A stretch of 64,000 nt of DNA from Lytechinus pictus (taxonomy: Eukaryota): NCBI RefSeq assembly GCF_037042905.1, contig NC_087252.1:21578001-21642000 (forward strand), written 5' to 3'. The position numbers were made by a program, and so were the translations under genes. The notes below the pieces were generated by a model. That model worked only from the letters and a program-made list of their open reading frames with translations. It had not been told where the DNA came from and did no database searches. Below are positions 39,266 to 52,460 of the stretch, in pieces; position 1 is the first letter of the stretch; each line of letters opens with the position of its first letter.

Positions 39266-40020
39266 ATTTGGGCTGCGTCTGCCGCTGTTTGCAGCTACCT
39301 TACACCTATGTATGTCCAGCTGATCGTGGTACAAGTGTGTATTATACTGTTGGTACAGCAAAATTTGTAGGGGGGGGGAGGATGTAATACTGGCTTGACT
39401 CTTGAAGGGGTGAGGTAATATACCACCTTTAACTTTTACGGAGAATGATAATATTTTGGGCTGCGTCTGCTGCTGTTTGCCGCTCCCTTACACCTATGTA
39501 TGTCCAACTGATTGTGGTACAAGTGTGTATTGTACTGTTGGTACAGCAAAATGTGTAGGGGGGATGTAATACTGGCTTGACTCTTGAAGGGGTGAGGTAA
39601 TATACCACCATTAACTTTTACGGAGAAAGATAATATTTTGGGCTGTGTCTGCTGCTGTTTGCCGCTCCCTTACACCTATGTATGTCCAGCTGATCGTGGT
39701 ACAAGTGTGTATTATACTGTTGGTACAGCAAAATTTGTAGGGGGGATGTAATACTTGCTTGACTCTTGAAGGGGTGAGGTAATATACCACCATTAACTTT
39801 TACGGAGAAAGAATATAATTTTGGGCTGCGTCTGCTGCTGTTTGCAGCTACCTTACACCTATGTATGTCCAGCTGATCGTGGTACAAGTGTGTATTGCGC
39901 TGTTGGTACAGCAACATTTGTAGGGGGGGTGGATACTGGCTTGACTCTTGAAGGGGTGAGGTAATGTACCACCATTAACTTTTACAGAGAAAGAATATAA
40001 TTTGGGCTGCATCTGCTGCT
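39266..40020. repeat. ~182-bp tandem repeat, 4 full units plus a partial unit
   Basis: GGGCTG anchor at 39270, 39458, 39640, 39823 and 40004; units nearly identical. Confidence 0.97.
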
Positions 40021-41275
40021 ACGGAGAAAAATAATGGAAGGTAACGAGGAGGGGAGGGGCAGTGCAAGTGACTTTTGGATTTACACCCTGAAAAAAGAAA
40101 TCTTGAATTGGATATATTTATCAGAGGGGCAATCTCTCTCAAAAAAGGAGTAGTTTCTTTTCAAAATGAACGGAACCTTGTTATTTAAACAAGATGTTGT
40201 TTTTGTATAGAAATTCACTTTAAAACCTACACAAATTTGAAGAGATACCAAGTCATAGGGCTTTTAAGAGGATTTCTATTTTAACAAATGATTAGATTCT
40301 TGTCAAAATTAATAAATTCTATTTTGTTCAAATGACAAGATTTGTTTTCATTATTACAAGAAATAATGTCTTTTTAAAAGGATTTGGGTTGGTGTTTTAG
40401 TGCAAGCTGGTGATGCAATTTTTTTTCACTGCACTGCAAATGGAAGTGAAGAAGGGAAAAAGAATTAGAATACTATTTTATCAAATAGCAAATTCATATT
40501 GAGGAATATACAAAGAGCTCTCACTGTGTATACGAATACAGACACTGTATTACAGTCAACTCTTGAATGTGTGGAACTTTGGAAAGGAACTGAGATATTC
40601 TTTTTATCTTTTATGTGAAAGCAGTTATGCCATCTAATAATAAATTTTAAATTGTATCAAAATGAATGATTTTTAAACTATGATATTGTCTAGATATTAT
40701 TCTAAAGTAAATTGGATATTTCATTTATTCGATAGTAATTTCAAGCTTTATTTAGAACTTGAGCATCCCTTCTAATAAAAGTGTTCTTGGAAATATGAAA
40801 TTTGCCTGAGAATTGGATGTTAGACTATAAACAATAAGAACAAATATTGGATATCGTCTTTTTTTGTGTATATTTCCAGATTTTGTGAAGGAATGCTCAT
40901 CGCAATTTATCAATTTCGCTTATCCCTGACAGAGAAAGAGACCAAAATGCAAGACATTTTGCAAGTCATTCACAATTGCAAGTTTATTACCAGATGAGTA
41001 ATGCTGAAGGGGCATTTTCATTAAGTCAATAAAACAATTCCAATTTCATCAGAAAATATGGCTTCATTTATTGGGACCGGGTGACTGGGAGAGGGATGGG
41101 GAGTATCGAGACATGATCATGGGAAGGGGCAGAGCCAGGATTTTGACACGAGGGGGGAATTGATACTGAAAGGCATGTTTAGAGCAGAATATACAATGGT
41201 TTTCTCGTACCGATGAAGGGTAGGCTTTTGGTTGCGGTGGATATCAAGAGGGGAAGGAGCATTGCTTTCTAAATT

Positions 41276-41459
41276 CATTTATTTATTTCATTATTTATTT
41301 ATTATTATTATCATTATTTTTATTTTTGATATTAGTATCATTATCATTATTAATATTATTATCATTAATATTTTATTATTATTATTAATTATTATTATTA
41401 TCATTTTTTTATTATTATTATTATTATTATTTATTATTATTATTATTATTATTATCATA
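41276..41459. repeat. (ATT)n-rich tract
   Basis: Directly visible. Confidence 0.9.
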
Positions 41460-42684
41460 ACTTCATACCAGGGGGTGATATTAAGGTGTCATTGTCAAGT
41501 GGTATTGACATTGGACTACAAATGTGAAGGTCATATGTTTATATTTTTTCAGTACCAACACTTTCATTATTATCAGTATTGCTGTTAATATAATTAGTAT
41601 TTTGTTATAGATAGTATTTTTCCTCAAAACTGCATGGGGTAGGGGTGGGAATGAAAGAAAGAAGGGGGGGGGGGTGTTGCAACCCTCCCCTCCCCTAATT
41701 CATCAGTGATAGCAGGTATCTCTATCAAGAAATCAATATGGGAGAGAGATATGACAAGGAAAACTGAATTATTAACCGACAAACGATATCAAATTATGCT
41801 CTGAACTTTGGGAGAAAAGTACACAGGGACTCAGCGTGTTCAAATGGGAGAGAGAGACAGACAGAGGGAGAGAGAGGAAAAGAGAGGGGGAGATGGATGG
41901 AAGGAGGGAGCAGTTAAACAGATATAGGCACATGATCGAAGAATTGATTTAAGAGAGATGAGAGAGAGAGAGAAAGAAAGAGAGAGTGTATGAGAGAGGG
42001 AGAGAAAGAAAAAGAGAGAGTGTGAGAGAGGGAGCGAGGTGATGAAAGAAGGAGTACAGAGAGCGATGGAGAAAGAACGGGGGAAAAACACAATAGAAGA
42101 TAGAGAAAGGGTAAGAGAATTAAAATAAATAGCAAGGGGGGGGGAGAAAGAGAGAGAGAGAGAAGGGGGGTATAAAATATGTACCTGTGCACATTGCTTA
42201 AGAGAACGTAAAGACACAGACAAGATTGACTGATGGATGGATCGAAATTTTGTAGGGGTAAAAGGAAACAAGGTTAAAAAACTTGAGCATTTGAAAAAGG
42301 GGATTTGAAAAAGAATAGAAGGAAAATAAGAAAAACATTTTTTTTAAAGAAGGGTATTAGAGGGTGCGTGTTGGATAGGGAGAGGGAAAGAGTGAGAGCG
42401 GGAGAGAGAGAAGGGGGGGGGGGAGTACGAGAAGACGCAACTCGTGAGGAAGAATGGAGAATATAACGTGATTGCGTGGAATTACCAAGAGAAACCGGGA
42501 TAATTGCAACGGGCCTGGAGTATGTATTAGACTCATATTAATATAAACAGGTCCATAGGGTATGTATGGATCAGTGAAAACTACAACCCCAGAAGGTTAT
42601 GTTCATAATCATTTACATTGCCCCTTTCCATATCCATATTTCATAGAATAATCTTTCTTCATTGATCCTATTAAATCAGAGGAG

Positions 42685-42875
42685 ACATGGGAGGTCTGTA
42701 GGTAGAGTAATCGTCTTGTATTCCGGGTTCAATTCCTAGTCAGTGCATGCTAGCAGCTTGTGGTGAGGCACTTATCCTCATTACCAGGTCCCTCGGAGAG
42801 GACATTAAACTATTTGTCCACTGGTTGTTTACTAACAAGTATTAATGCTTTTTTAGCATAAGGGTAAAATAACCA
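42685..42875 (+). mobile_element. Degenerate tRNA-derived SINE of a different family
   Basis: B-box-like GGGTTCAATTCC (~42725-42736), preceded by a decayed A box and followed by a SINE-like body (gaggcacttatcctcattaccaggtccctcggagaggacattaaac). Confidence 0.5.
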
Positions 42876-43117
42876 ACACCACTACCACCATTATTTAACT
42901 TAAATCTATCAACCATTGGCCTACTGAAAGCGGGTGATTCCTGTGTGAAGCTTGGGGAAATGGCGGAATTTAGCAGTAGATGGGTAAACCTCAGGATGAA
43001 GGACTTTGTTCTTGATTCAATTGGGCATGTTGGCTTGTTGGTTTGGGTCGCCTGCCTCAGGAACAGGAGGTTGTAGGTTCAAATCTTTGAAGAGAGGAGG
43101 TGGAGGAGTAGGATTGC

Positions 43118-43260
43118 AATGATGGTGGTGGAGGTGGTGGTGGTGGTGGGAGTGGTGGTGGTGGTGATGGTGGTGGTGGTGGTGGTGGTGGTGGTGGTGA
43201 TAGTGGTGGTGGTGGTGGTGATAGAAATGATGATGATGATGTTGATAATTCTGATGATGT
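43118..43260. repeat. (GGT/GAT)n trinucleotide tract
   Basis: Directly visible. Confidence 0.95.
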
Positions 43261-43706
43261 TGAAAATGGTGGCAGAAGTAACAGTTTCTTCAGATTTTTT
43301 GTTGCAGGGGAAGGGGGGGGGGGGTGGGTGGGGATGGGAAACGAGCATCCCATTCCCAGCTGTCCAAAGTTCTGAATTCCAGGGGGATAAATATCCCCCC
43401 TTGGTTGCCACCAATGCTTTGATTTTAACGTACATATACCAATCCATCCATTTTTCCTATTTTTAATTCATGGGTACAATCAATTTCTGATTGACTAGCT
43501 TGGTTTGCCTTCGAGCATTCTCAATAATCGCTCTGCGTCATGAATATCTCTCATTTTTTCTCAATGGCATATCACTTATTTCATGTCGATGAGAAATATC
43601 TGATTAGAATAGGCAAACACCCTAGTATTGAAACAAAAAAATGATTGGTTTGTACTTTTACCTGTATTACTTGTATGTGAAATGATTTCATGATTCTTTA
43701 ACTTCA

Positions 43707-44092
43707 AGATAAATCCCGGTACTGGTAACAACAGAAAATATAATGTTCACATAATTGAACAAAATTTACATAGAATTTTACCAAAAAATATATAAATTAA
43801 TGATATCGACTAACCATTTTTTCATGAAATTGCATAATTTAAAGAGTAATTAGAAACATGAAGACCAGAAAATTACTGAAAAATGCTTGTCCATTAGAGT
43901 GGTCCTACTTATTGTTTCCTGTGTTAGCTACACCAGAAAATAAATAAACATTTGGTAATGAAATGAATATAATTTCAAGTAAGCCTGAACTATTTTGATT
44001 GTCCTAAATAGGCATATGATAAACACGTCAGGATTGCTTCCAACCATGTCCTATCGAAATTAGATTTGTATACCAGTACTTTTAACATTTCT
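43707..44092. mobile_element. Old Kolobok-like MITE, loosely related to 38662-39050
   Basis: Starts AGATAAATCCCGGTACTGGTAA and ends TACCAGTAC...TTTCT|TTAA; similar length and patchy internal similarity (ctgtgttag). Confidence 0.4.
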
Positions 44093-44922
44093 TTAATTGA
44101 TTGTTTTATAATCTATCTTTTACTATTTCACTTTCGAAAAAGAAAAAAATGTTTAAACATCAAATTTCTTTGCAATGTCAAAATCTCTACGACTGGTTGA
44201 AATTACAACAGATTAAAACTGTTCATTCTTCAAACCAAGAAGTAGTTCAAATGGATCTATGTATATATTATGTTTTGTCATTTTCCGACTTCAAAATGTG
44301 AAATTAAGATCTTGCCTAGAATAAAGCTATTTTTGCCCCTTCTGACTCAGGTTTGCCCCAAATACCACAACCGTCATGATCTTATCCCTGGCTGTGATTG
44401 GACGAGACAAACTTTCCACATGAATGTACATCAAAGCCGAGTAGGATGTAATTTGGATGTTGTTAGCTTGAACTTATATATTGCCTGATTCGTATCGATT
44501 GTGAGCATTTCACATACCAGATTTTTTCCCCATATTTCCGCTCTTTTTTCGTCTCCTTACATCTCATACAGTATTTCAGAGTGTATGCTTCTCCTGTATT
44601 GTGTCCCTCTATCCTTGCTCCTTTTCTCTCTTTTTTCATTTCCTCTTTCTTCTTAATTTTTTACATTTATAGGTCTTGTATGGGGAGGGGGTGAAATTCT
44701 TTACAAGGGCAGACCTAATTTATTCTGACACTAGTTAAAGCAAAAAATGGCTAACTCAATATCAAGCTATAGGCGCACTTTTGCAACGTATGGTTTTTTT
44801 TTTTTTACAGTTGGCTGCAAAGTGCCAAAAGTTCTTCGGATCTTCCTTGCTGCATCACATGTGTTTCATTACCGCAAGATGGTCCTTGGTGCTATTCTAA
44901 TACAGTGAAAATTGTCTTATTG

Positions 44923-45188
44923 AATAAATAATGTAGGATTTGTATAGCGCACGTATCCACCTTGCTAGGTGCTCAAGGCGCTCCTATATATAGCTAGTCT
45001 ACCGATTCTGGTGCGCACAGCCTTTTGAGGAATTACTTCTTGCTGGTACCCATTTACCTCACCTGGGTCGAGTGCAGCACAGTGTGGATAAATTTCTTGC
45101 TGAAGGAAAACACGCCATGGCTAGGATTCGAACCCACGACCCTCTGTTTGAAAGGCGAGAGTCAGAACCACTAGACCTCGACGCGCCC
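44923..45188 (-). mobile_element. Near full-length tRNA-derived SINE (family A)
   Basis: Minus strand begins GGGCGCGTCGAGGTCTAGTGGTT (A box) ... GGTTCGAATCC (B box); conserved body; LINE-like tail GCGCCTTGAGCAC...GCGCTATACAAAT plus an ATT-rich end. Confidence 0.9.
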
Positions 45189-46220
45189 ACATTAGAACCA
45201 ACAATTTTCTTTCTGCTCACCTCCCATCAAACCATTTTCCCCGTTTTCACTATGTTGATTTGAGGTTGTGAATTCTGCTTCTTTCAAAGGTCATCATCAT
45301 TCAAGGTCTTCCATTCCCTTAATCAGCCTGAAAATAAAGCAAATGATAGAATGCAAGAAAGGGCATGGGGATGGAGTTGTAGAAAAAAAATCAATGCAAT
45401 AATGTGATGCGTACAACAGCAAACTGCGTTCAAACCACTTACCATGCTCCATCTATGTAAGCCACGTTGAATGAAATTCAAAATATGTTTTGAACCATTT
45501 TCATCGGGCACCAACCTAAATAAATTTTCTAGCAAAATCCGAAAACTTATCCTATAAAACACATTTTTACTACATATCATTCACCTCATAACTTTTAAAG
45601 GTCATACAACGTTCTAAATCTCCTAATGAATTGGAATATACATGTAGCAACATTAACTTATGGGATGATTTACCAAAAGCATTTGGAAAATAGGAATTAT
45701 GTAGTTTGTAAATGAATATAAAAGAATTTCTGCACGATGATTCACTTTCTTTTAAATAAATTACAATCAAATGGTACAAGTGTTGCTAAGTTGACCTTTT
45801 TTGTTGCACTGTATTTAGTTCAAGTGAATGAGAGATTCACAAACTGTTCAATGATTTTTGTTTTCATACGGGAAAGCTTGATGGCATCAATTCATGTGAC
45901 TCAAAGACCATACCCACTCATTCATTCCCTAAATCAATTGCATATTAAGACGAATGTACATTCGTGGCGCGCGAAATTGGATCCGTGTCCGATGGATGTC
46001 GGGGAAGGGACATTCATTACCAACTAATGGAACATCAACATCAATCTCTATGGATGGGACTGTAGTAAAGAAATGGACAAGGTGGACTTGTACTTTGGTT
46101 CACCCATACCTTGAAAATGCACTTCTTTCCTGGTTTGTTGTTGATGGTTGAGTAAATGTGACGGTGTGTCTCTGCTTATGTTTTGAGGAAAGTACAAGAG
46201 AAGGTGGATGGTTTGTATCT

Positions 46221-46793
46221 ATTTAGTCTAATAGCAGGTGGTCTGATTCTCAGATCGTCTAATCCGTCATGGCTAAACCCACTTGGTCTACTAGCAGATG
46301 GTCTAATGATTAGACCATCTGCTAGTAGACTAAGTGAGAATTATTCTCATATTGTTCACAAACTATCATGGCTAAACCCACTTGGTATACTACCAGATGG
46401 TCCAATTCTCAGATTGTCTATCATGGCTAAACCCACTTGGTCTAATAGCACATGGTCTGATTGTCTATCATGGCTAGACCCACTTAGTCTAATAGATGGT
46501 CTAATTCTCAGATCGTCTATCATGGCTAGACCCACTTGGTCTAGTAGCAGATGGTCTAATTGTCTATCATAACTAGACCCACTTGGTCTAATAGCAGATG
46601 GTCTAATTCTCAGATCGTATGTCATGGCTAGACCCACTTGTCTAGTAGCAGATGGTCTAATTGTCTATCATGGTGAGACCCACTTGGTCTCCTAACAAAT
46701 GGTCTAATTCTCAGATCGTCTATCATGGCTATACCTACTTGGTCCACTATTAATTTGGTCTAATTGCCACTTGTTCCAACCATCACTTGGTCT
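46221..46793. repeat. Hierarchical minisatellite built on CCCACTTGGTCTA / GATGGTCTAAT motifs (units of about 43 and 53 bp), probably transposon-derived
   Basis: About 10 recurrences of catggcta.acccactt.gtcta.tagcagatggtctaatt. Confidence 0.9.
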
Positions 46794-48477
46794 GACAATA
46801 ATACAATCTTTAAACATAATTTATGGATTTATTATGTACCCTTTTATTCACAAAAGTTTAATTCATCCTGCTATTACATATTAAAGACATCAGATAATGT
46901 ATTACAGAGATTTGAAAAAAAAAATTATCTGATATATTTTGTTTACAGGTATATGAACTTTGTCTTAATACACCTTCTTTAGTTTTAAAAGCAAAATAAG
47001 TTAAATTATTAAAAAAATATTTCTATCTGATATACACCGTATTTGTAAATTATATCAACTTCATCTTCATAAATCAATTTTAGTTTAAAAGGCTTAATAA
47101 GCAGAATTGAGCTAAATGACTAAATAATATGAGAAAGTTCAAGTTGAAGTTCAACAAAGTAATTTATTTTCACTACAAATTCATGTTCAATTTTCATGCT
47201 TTAAACATGACGAGCCAACAGACTACTGAGGAATTCATTTCTGGCTCGTTTGGAAAGAGACATTGCTGGTTACCACTAAGCTCTCAAAGACTCTAGCTTG
47301 CTTAGTCATCTGGTGTCCCTACCAATTGTTTAGCAGTTATTGAAACATTGAAAATGATCTCAATTGACAAAATATCTGTTAGAATGACATCCTTGATGCA
47401 TGCATCTGGGTCCGGGTGAGTAAGGAATGAAAAAAGTACACAGCGCGGCGTCGCGGCACAGGCTACAAACCATTAAGCCACTGCACTATGGGCATATTGC
47501 AGATGAACTTTTCATGTGGCGGGTCTGAAATCAAAACAGATTATCCCGTCAAAAGTATGAACATGCAATTACGCCACGTCGTGTAGTCGCAAGGACAACG
47601 AGAGGAGACGTGGGACATTCTTTCTTTGGCGGAAGAGGTGGGTTCTCTATGTTGCGGCCTGTTGCCGAAACTCTTGGAGATGTGTAAAATGAGATGGGCT
47701 GTTTGTGGGTGGTACGCTTTGGTGTTTTATTGGGTTGTGTGATGTAATTTGCCGGTATGGGATATTGGAAAGTGCGGAGCAGTTCTGGAGGATGATATTA
47801 ATAAACATAGCAGGATCAGGGGGAAATGGCAATACAGCAGAGGGTTTAGGTGTAGCAAATTAAGGCAGCATTTTTGAGTCGGTGGACTGTTTGAGAGCAG
47901 CAGCTTGGTTTACTTTATACCAGATGTTGGGACAAATTAGTTTGTATTAGGTGTTTGTTTGAATCGTATTTTAAGCTCCTTTAATTATGGAATATGCTTG
48001 GTATCTTTTTTTCTGTTGATAAAGATGTTGATACTACATGTACTTTACTTTCTTTGATTATTATGGTAGTTGTGTTTTGTTATATTCCAGTGGGACATTC
48101 AACAAGACATTTCATTCCCTCCAAGAAACCCAAAATGAAGGTGTTTTTTGCAGACACATCTTTCCTTTGCTCTCTTTTAGATCCCCAGTTAAGGTCAAAT
48201 TACCTTGTGGTATATATATCTTCCTTTCAAAACCGTCTAGCGGGGTTTTCCACAAAGATTTAAGTGTAATTCAAAGGCATGCTTAAGTATAGATACACAT
48301 ATGATATATAACACACTAACTTATTGATTAACAGGCAGTAGTGTACGGTGATATGACCAATGAGATGATGCCATTACACCACATGCAACTGGGGATTTTC
48401 TGTTTCTTTTTCTGTTTATGGTGACTCCCGTAGGAACTCGGCAGGACAGCTTTTTGCTGGTAAACGCCAAGCTGGTA

Positions 48478-48769
48478 TATAATAATAATAATAATATAAT
48501 AATAACGGCATATTTACCCAGGGTAGCCACTTCAGTTCTGAAAACTGTTCTCCCAGCGGGCCCTGCTATTATTACCCCGGCTTTATATAACCAATTACCT
48601 AGAAAAAAATTTTACGTCTAGGTTAATCAGTCATAGTGGCTGGCGTTATAGACGACAGATAACGCTCTCGGGCCTTTTTATCAAAGTGGAGACAGTGGCA
48701 GAGTTGGGATTCGAACTCACAACCTTGCAATTATGAGTCCAATGCTCTAACCACTGGACCACACGACCC
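48478..48769 (-). mobile_element. tRNA(Met-like)-headed SINE (family B)
   Basis: Minus strand GGGTCGTGTGGTCCAGTGGTTAGAGCATTGGACTCATAATTGCAAGGTTGTGAGTTCGAATCCC: A and B boxes, CAT in the anticodon-loop position, broken stems; ends in (ATT)n. Confidence 0.85.
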
Positions 48770-48877
48770 GATTTAAGTGCGACTGTTAAGTCCATACTTA
48801 AATCTTTGTTAAACACAGCCCCAGGGCATGCATGTTGGATTTTACATTCTTCTTAATACATAAAATTGCTGGGGATG

Positions 48878-49230
48878 AATAATAATAATATATAGCATTT
48901 ATGAGGTGCTGATTATCTAGTTGCCTATTCGATGGTGCTCTATTATTTTTCTCTTATTTCCTTTTCGTAGCGCCTTGAGCACATAATCAATGTGGATTTG
49001 GCGGTTTAGAAATACTCTGTATTATTATTATTATTATTACCCCAGCTGCTAATGGCGCTTGGTGCGTTCAAGCAATTGATCCTGCCGGGTACCCATTCAC
49101 CTCACCTGGGTTGAGTGCAGCACAATGTGGGCAAATTTCTTGCTGAAGGAAAACAAGCCATGGCTTTTATTTGAACCCACATCGCTCAGATTGAAAGATA
49201 AGACTTGTAACCACTAGACCACGGCGCCCC
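48878..49230 (-). mobile_element. tRNA-derived SINE (family A) with a nested opposite-strand retroposon tail (~48948-49038)
   Basis: Body cccattcacctcacctgggttgagtgcagcac...ttcttgctgaaggaaaac and head ccactagaccacggcgcccc; interrupted by + strand gtagcgccttgagcac...(ATT)n. Confidence 0.85.
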
Positions 49231-49950
49231 ACAAAAAACAGTTTAATGGGCAGATGTAAACAAATAAAAAAGTGGAAGTCCATACAAATTTGCCCTTCTC
49301 CATCCTATGTTATATTTACACAATACATGCATGTTTTACAAATTTGTTGTGAACTTCAGGAATCGCATGTCCTCTGGCCAAATAAAATGAAATGAATAAA
49401 ACCTGAGCTGGTTAACCAAGCAATACGGAATAAATCCCTGGGGCAACTAAATCAAGGATGAAATAAAAGGTTTGATTTGAAAATAAGAATCAACAGGCCG
49501 TGTACTTGCACACTCGGAACTGAAGTAAGACAATTACTTTTTGCGTGTAGGCCGTGGTAGAGATCCCTAAATTGGCAGTGGAAGTGGATCAAAATTGGCA
49601 GATAGGTTCAGAAATTGGCTTGATGTATTGTAAGTAAGGGAAATGAGAGAGTGGGGGTGAGAGAGAAAGAGAGAGAGTGAGGGGGCGCAAGGGGCGAGAT
49701 GTTATGGAGTGTAAGCTGAAATGTATGTTTTTTTCTCCAGTCATTGACCTTCCTGTGACTCTTACAACAGAAGGATGCTTTCTTAGGTGGGGATGGGAAA
49801 GAAATAGAAAGAGAAAGGGGGATATAGAGAATGAGAGAGATTGGGCAGAAGGTAAAGTTAAGTATAGATTTGTATCATCTTCCTACTTGGATTTCAATGT
49901 GACCTTTGAATGACTTTGCATTTCAGTCTTGTGAGTAGAGTTTTCTTATT

Positions 49951-50320
49951 AGGGCTGTCTGCACCAGCCCGAGTTTTCAAATTAGCGCGCTATTTCTGAT
50001 CCGGCAAATTATCCTGATCTGCAATGGAGACGCAATTATCGCTGGATTTATCTCGAGATTGCAATCCCAAGTCAACTTGGGATTATTCGCAATATAGTGC
50101 GCTATTTCATGAATTATCCCGCTAATTTGCAGGTGCAGACACACTCAGGATTATTTATTCACGGGGTCAGACCATAATGCATCGTTGCCTTGCTCGAGCA
50201 GGAATCGCTCTTCTTGCAATGGTGGAGACGGGTTTCTTGAATCTCGAGATTAATCGCGAAGAGGGCCGATCGAGCTAAAATCTCGAGATAGAGCAAACTC
50301 GGGCTGGTGCAGCACCGCCT
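49951..50320. mobile_element. PIF/Harbinger-like MITE, CpG-rich
   Basis: TIR core CTGCACCAGCCCGAGTTT / AAACTCGGGCTGGTGCAG; ATT on both flanks; internal ATCTCGAGAT palindrome three times. Confidence 0.85.
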
Positions 50321-51539
50321 ATTGCCACCATAAATGCGTGCTTTTGCAAGGGTATCAAGAGAAGGAAAAGGTGAACGGATAAGGAGATATCAATTAACGA
50401 TTGAATGGCTGATCCTTATGACAGCTTGTGTTAACTATTCAAATGCTGTATTATTTATAATCACTATTCAAAAATATATATAGACCCCAATGACCTGTCA
50501 TTTCTATAGTATGCTAAGCTGCAATATGAGATGGGCGCATGTACATACTATGGAAATTGGGGGTAGTGCTGTATAGGGAAAGACAGCTTAAACATTAAAA
50601 GAAAGTTATAGAAAGAACTAGACAAGATCAATATCTGTCGGATACAATTGTTGAAAACTAGTTTTCTTCCTCCCTCTGGGAGAGCAAAAAAAGTTGAGAG
50701 AGGTAACTGCAAACCAGAAACCAAAACAAAGATTCCAAATCCATGATTTAATGGCAAATTGAGAAGTTGCAGAGGAAGAGGGCTTATTGGCTATTGAATA
50801 TGCATTAGATGGGACGGAAAATTGATCTATCTTTGGGATAGATGGGGCTTCGATTGACAGCTTGGTCCGTGATCGATGGTGTCGGGTTTGACCACCCTCA
50901 TCCAAACGCTTAACTGGTTTGCTTGTGATCGCGGAGAGTGGTACACCAAAGTTGTCAGAAAGTGTCAAGCTGTTGCTCGTCGCAAATCCCGATGACATGG
51001 CCCTCGGATTAAGAGTCGGATCGATCTGCCAATTTCGTCCAACTTTGAGGAAAATTGGAGAGATTTTTCTGTGGAAGGGCAAAAAAGGACGGGTAATGGT
51101 CGTCCGAATGAGGGGATATTTGGAGGGGAATTACTTGTGCTTATGGAGATAGGGTCAAGTTACTGCATCGATAAAGTGAATCATTTGAAATCGATCGCGA
51201 GGAAAGTGGCTTTTGAGTGGCACTGGGATGGTAAGGGTGCAAGCTTTGAAAAGAAAGGAAAACTGTTTGCTTTGAAGATTTTTTGTTCTACATTGCACGT
51301 CTAGAGAACAGGTATAAATGAGACAAGTAGAAGTGTTTGAAAAGGATATTTCTATTATTTTGTTTGGTGGAGGATGGATTTTATAACGATATGGGTCAAA
51401 ATAGTTCAAAGGAAACTGGTGTTTCATTTGAAAACATTTTATGAAATGTCTAAGATTGAAGATTCAAGGTGAAAAACAATGCTTTATTGAAAAGAAATGG
51501 ATGGGAGCCTAATGTTCAGAGTGCACAAATGAACCAGGA

Positions 51540-52460
51540 TATAGTTTTCCAACTCCATTTATCTCTTTCACTCATCCTCCTTCAAATTTCCTTCTTTCTT
51601 CTATCTTCCATTCATCATCACCTTTAATCTCTTCTATTATTTCTATCTTTTCCTCTTCACACCCTTCTTTTCTATTACAATCTTTCTGGTGGTCTTTCTC
51701 CACAGTTGTCTTAAATTTTCTGATCATCTTTCCCAGAGTCTCATTTCAACTAGTCCTCTGACATTCATACTGTTTCTTTGATTGGCTGTTATGTTGCCCT
51801 CAGTGTTACTTTCACAATTTGTATTTCCACCTGTTCTTTTGTGTTGCCCGTCTCCTATTAACTGTTTCATTGCTTGTCTTACAGTTTGTCCTCTCCCTGC
51901 TTTCCAACTGGTTTGTCTCTCATTCTATCTTTCAATCCATCTGTCTTTCATCTATCTTGTCTCTGCTCTCATTGTTGCTTTATCTCTATCTCTTTCTATC
52001 CATTTGTCTTGTATCATCTTTCATATTGTTGATGTCAACTTCTCTCTTTCTCATTTTGCTCTATCTTTCTCTGTCTCTCTGTCTTTCTTTCTATTTGTCT
52101 TCCTTCATTCCTGCCTTCTCTGTCTTTCTTTCTTTTCTCTCTCTTGTTCTTTCTATCTATTTGTTCTTTTCATCTATTTGTTCTTTTCATCTATCTTGTC
52201 TTACCACATATTCTCACGCTCTCTCTTCTCTTTCTTGATGTTGTCCCTTCTATCCATTTGTCATTTTTTTAAAATCTCTCTTGTACCCCTTATATTACAA
52301 TTCTCTTTCTTTCATTGTCTTTATCTTCCAATGCATTTGTCATCTAACTTGTCTTCCATTTATATTCTCACTCTCTCTCTTTATTTTTCTCTCTTCCATT
52401 GCATTTGTCATCTATCTTGTCTTCTCTCTCACCCTCTCTCGTTCTCTCTCCCTCTCTCCC
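51540..52460. repeat. Long CT-rich low-complexity tract
   Basis: Directly visible; explains the 284-aa L/S/F ORF 51782..52636. Confidence 0.85.

Noticed and set aside
41126..41708. Possible hAT-like MITE ends (aggggcagagccaggatttt ... ggggggtgttgcaaccctcccc)
   Set aside because: TIRs and TSD too decayed to support boundaries
43030..43086. Isolated decayed A/B-box tRNA-like heads (also ~29812-29875 and ~41485-41540)
   Set aside because: Too degenerate, and no attached SINE body could be recognised
48696..48769. tRNA-Met(CAT)-like sequence on the minus strand
   Set aside because: Acceptor and anticodon stems do not pair, and it continues into a SINE body and (ATT)n tail; treated as a SINE head
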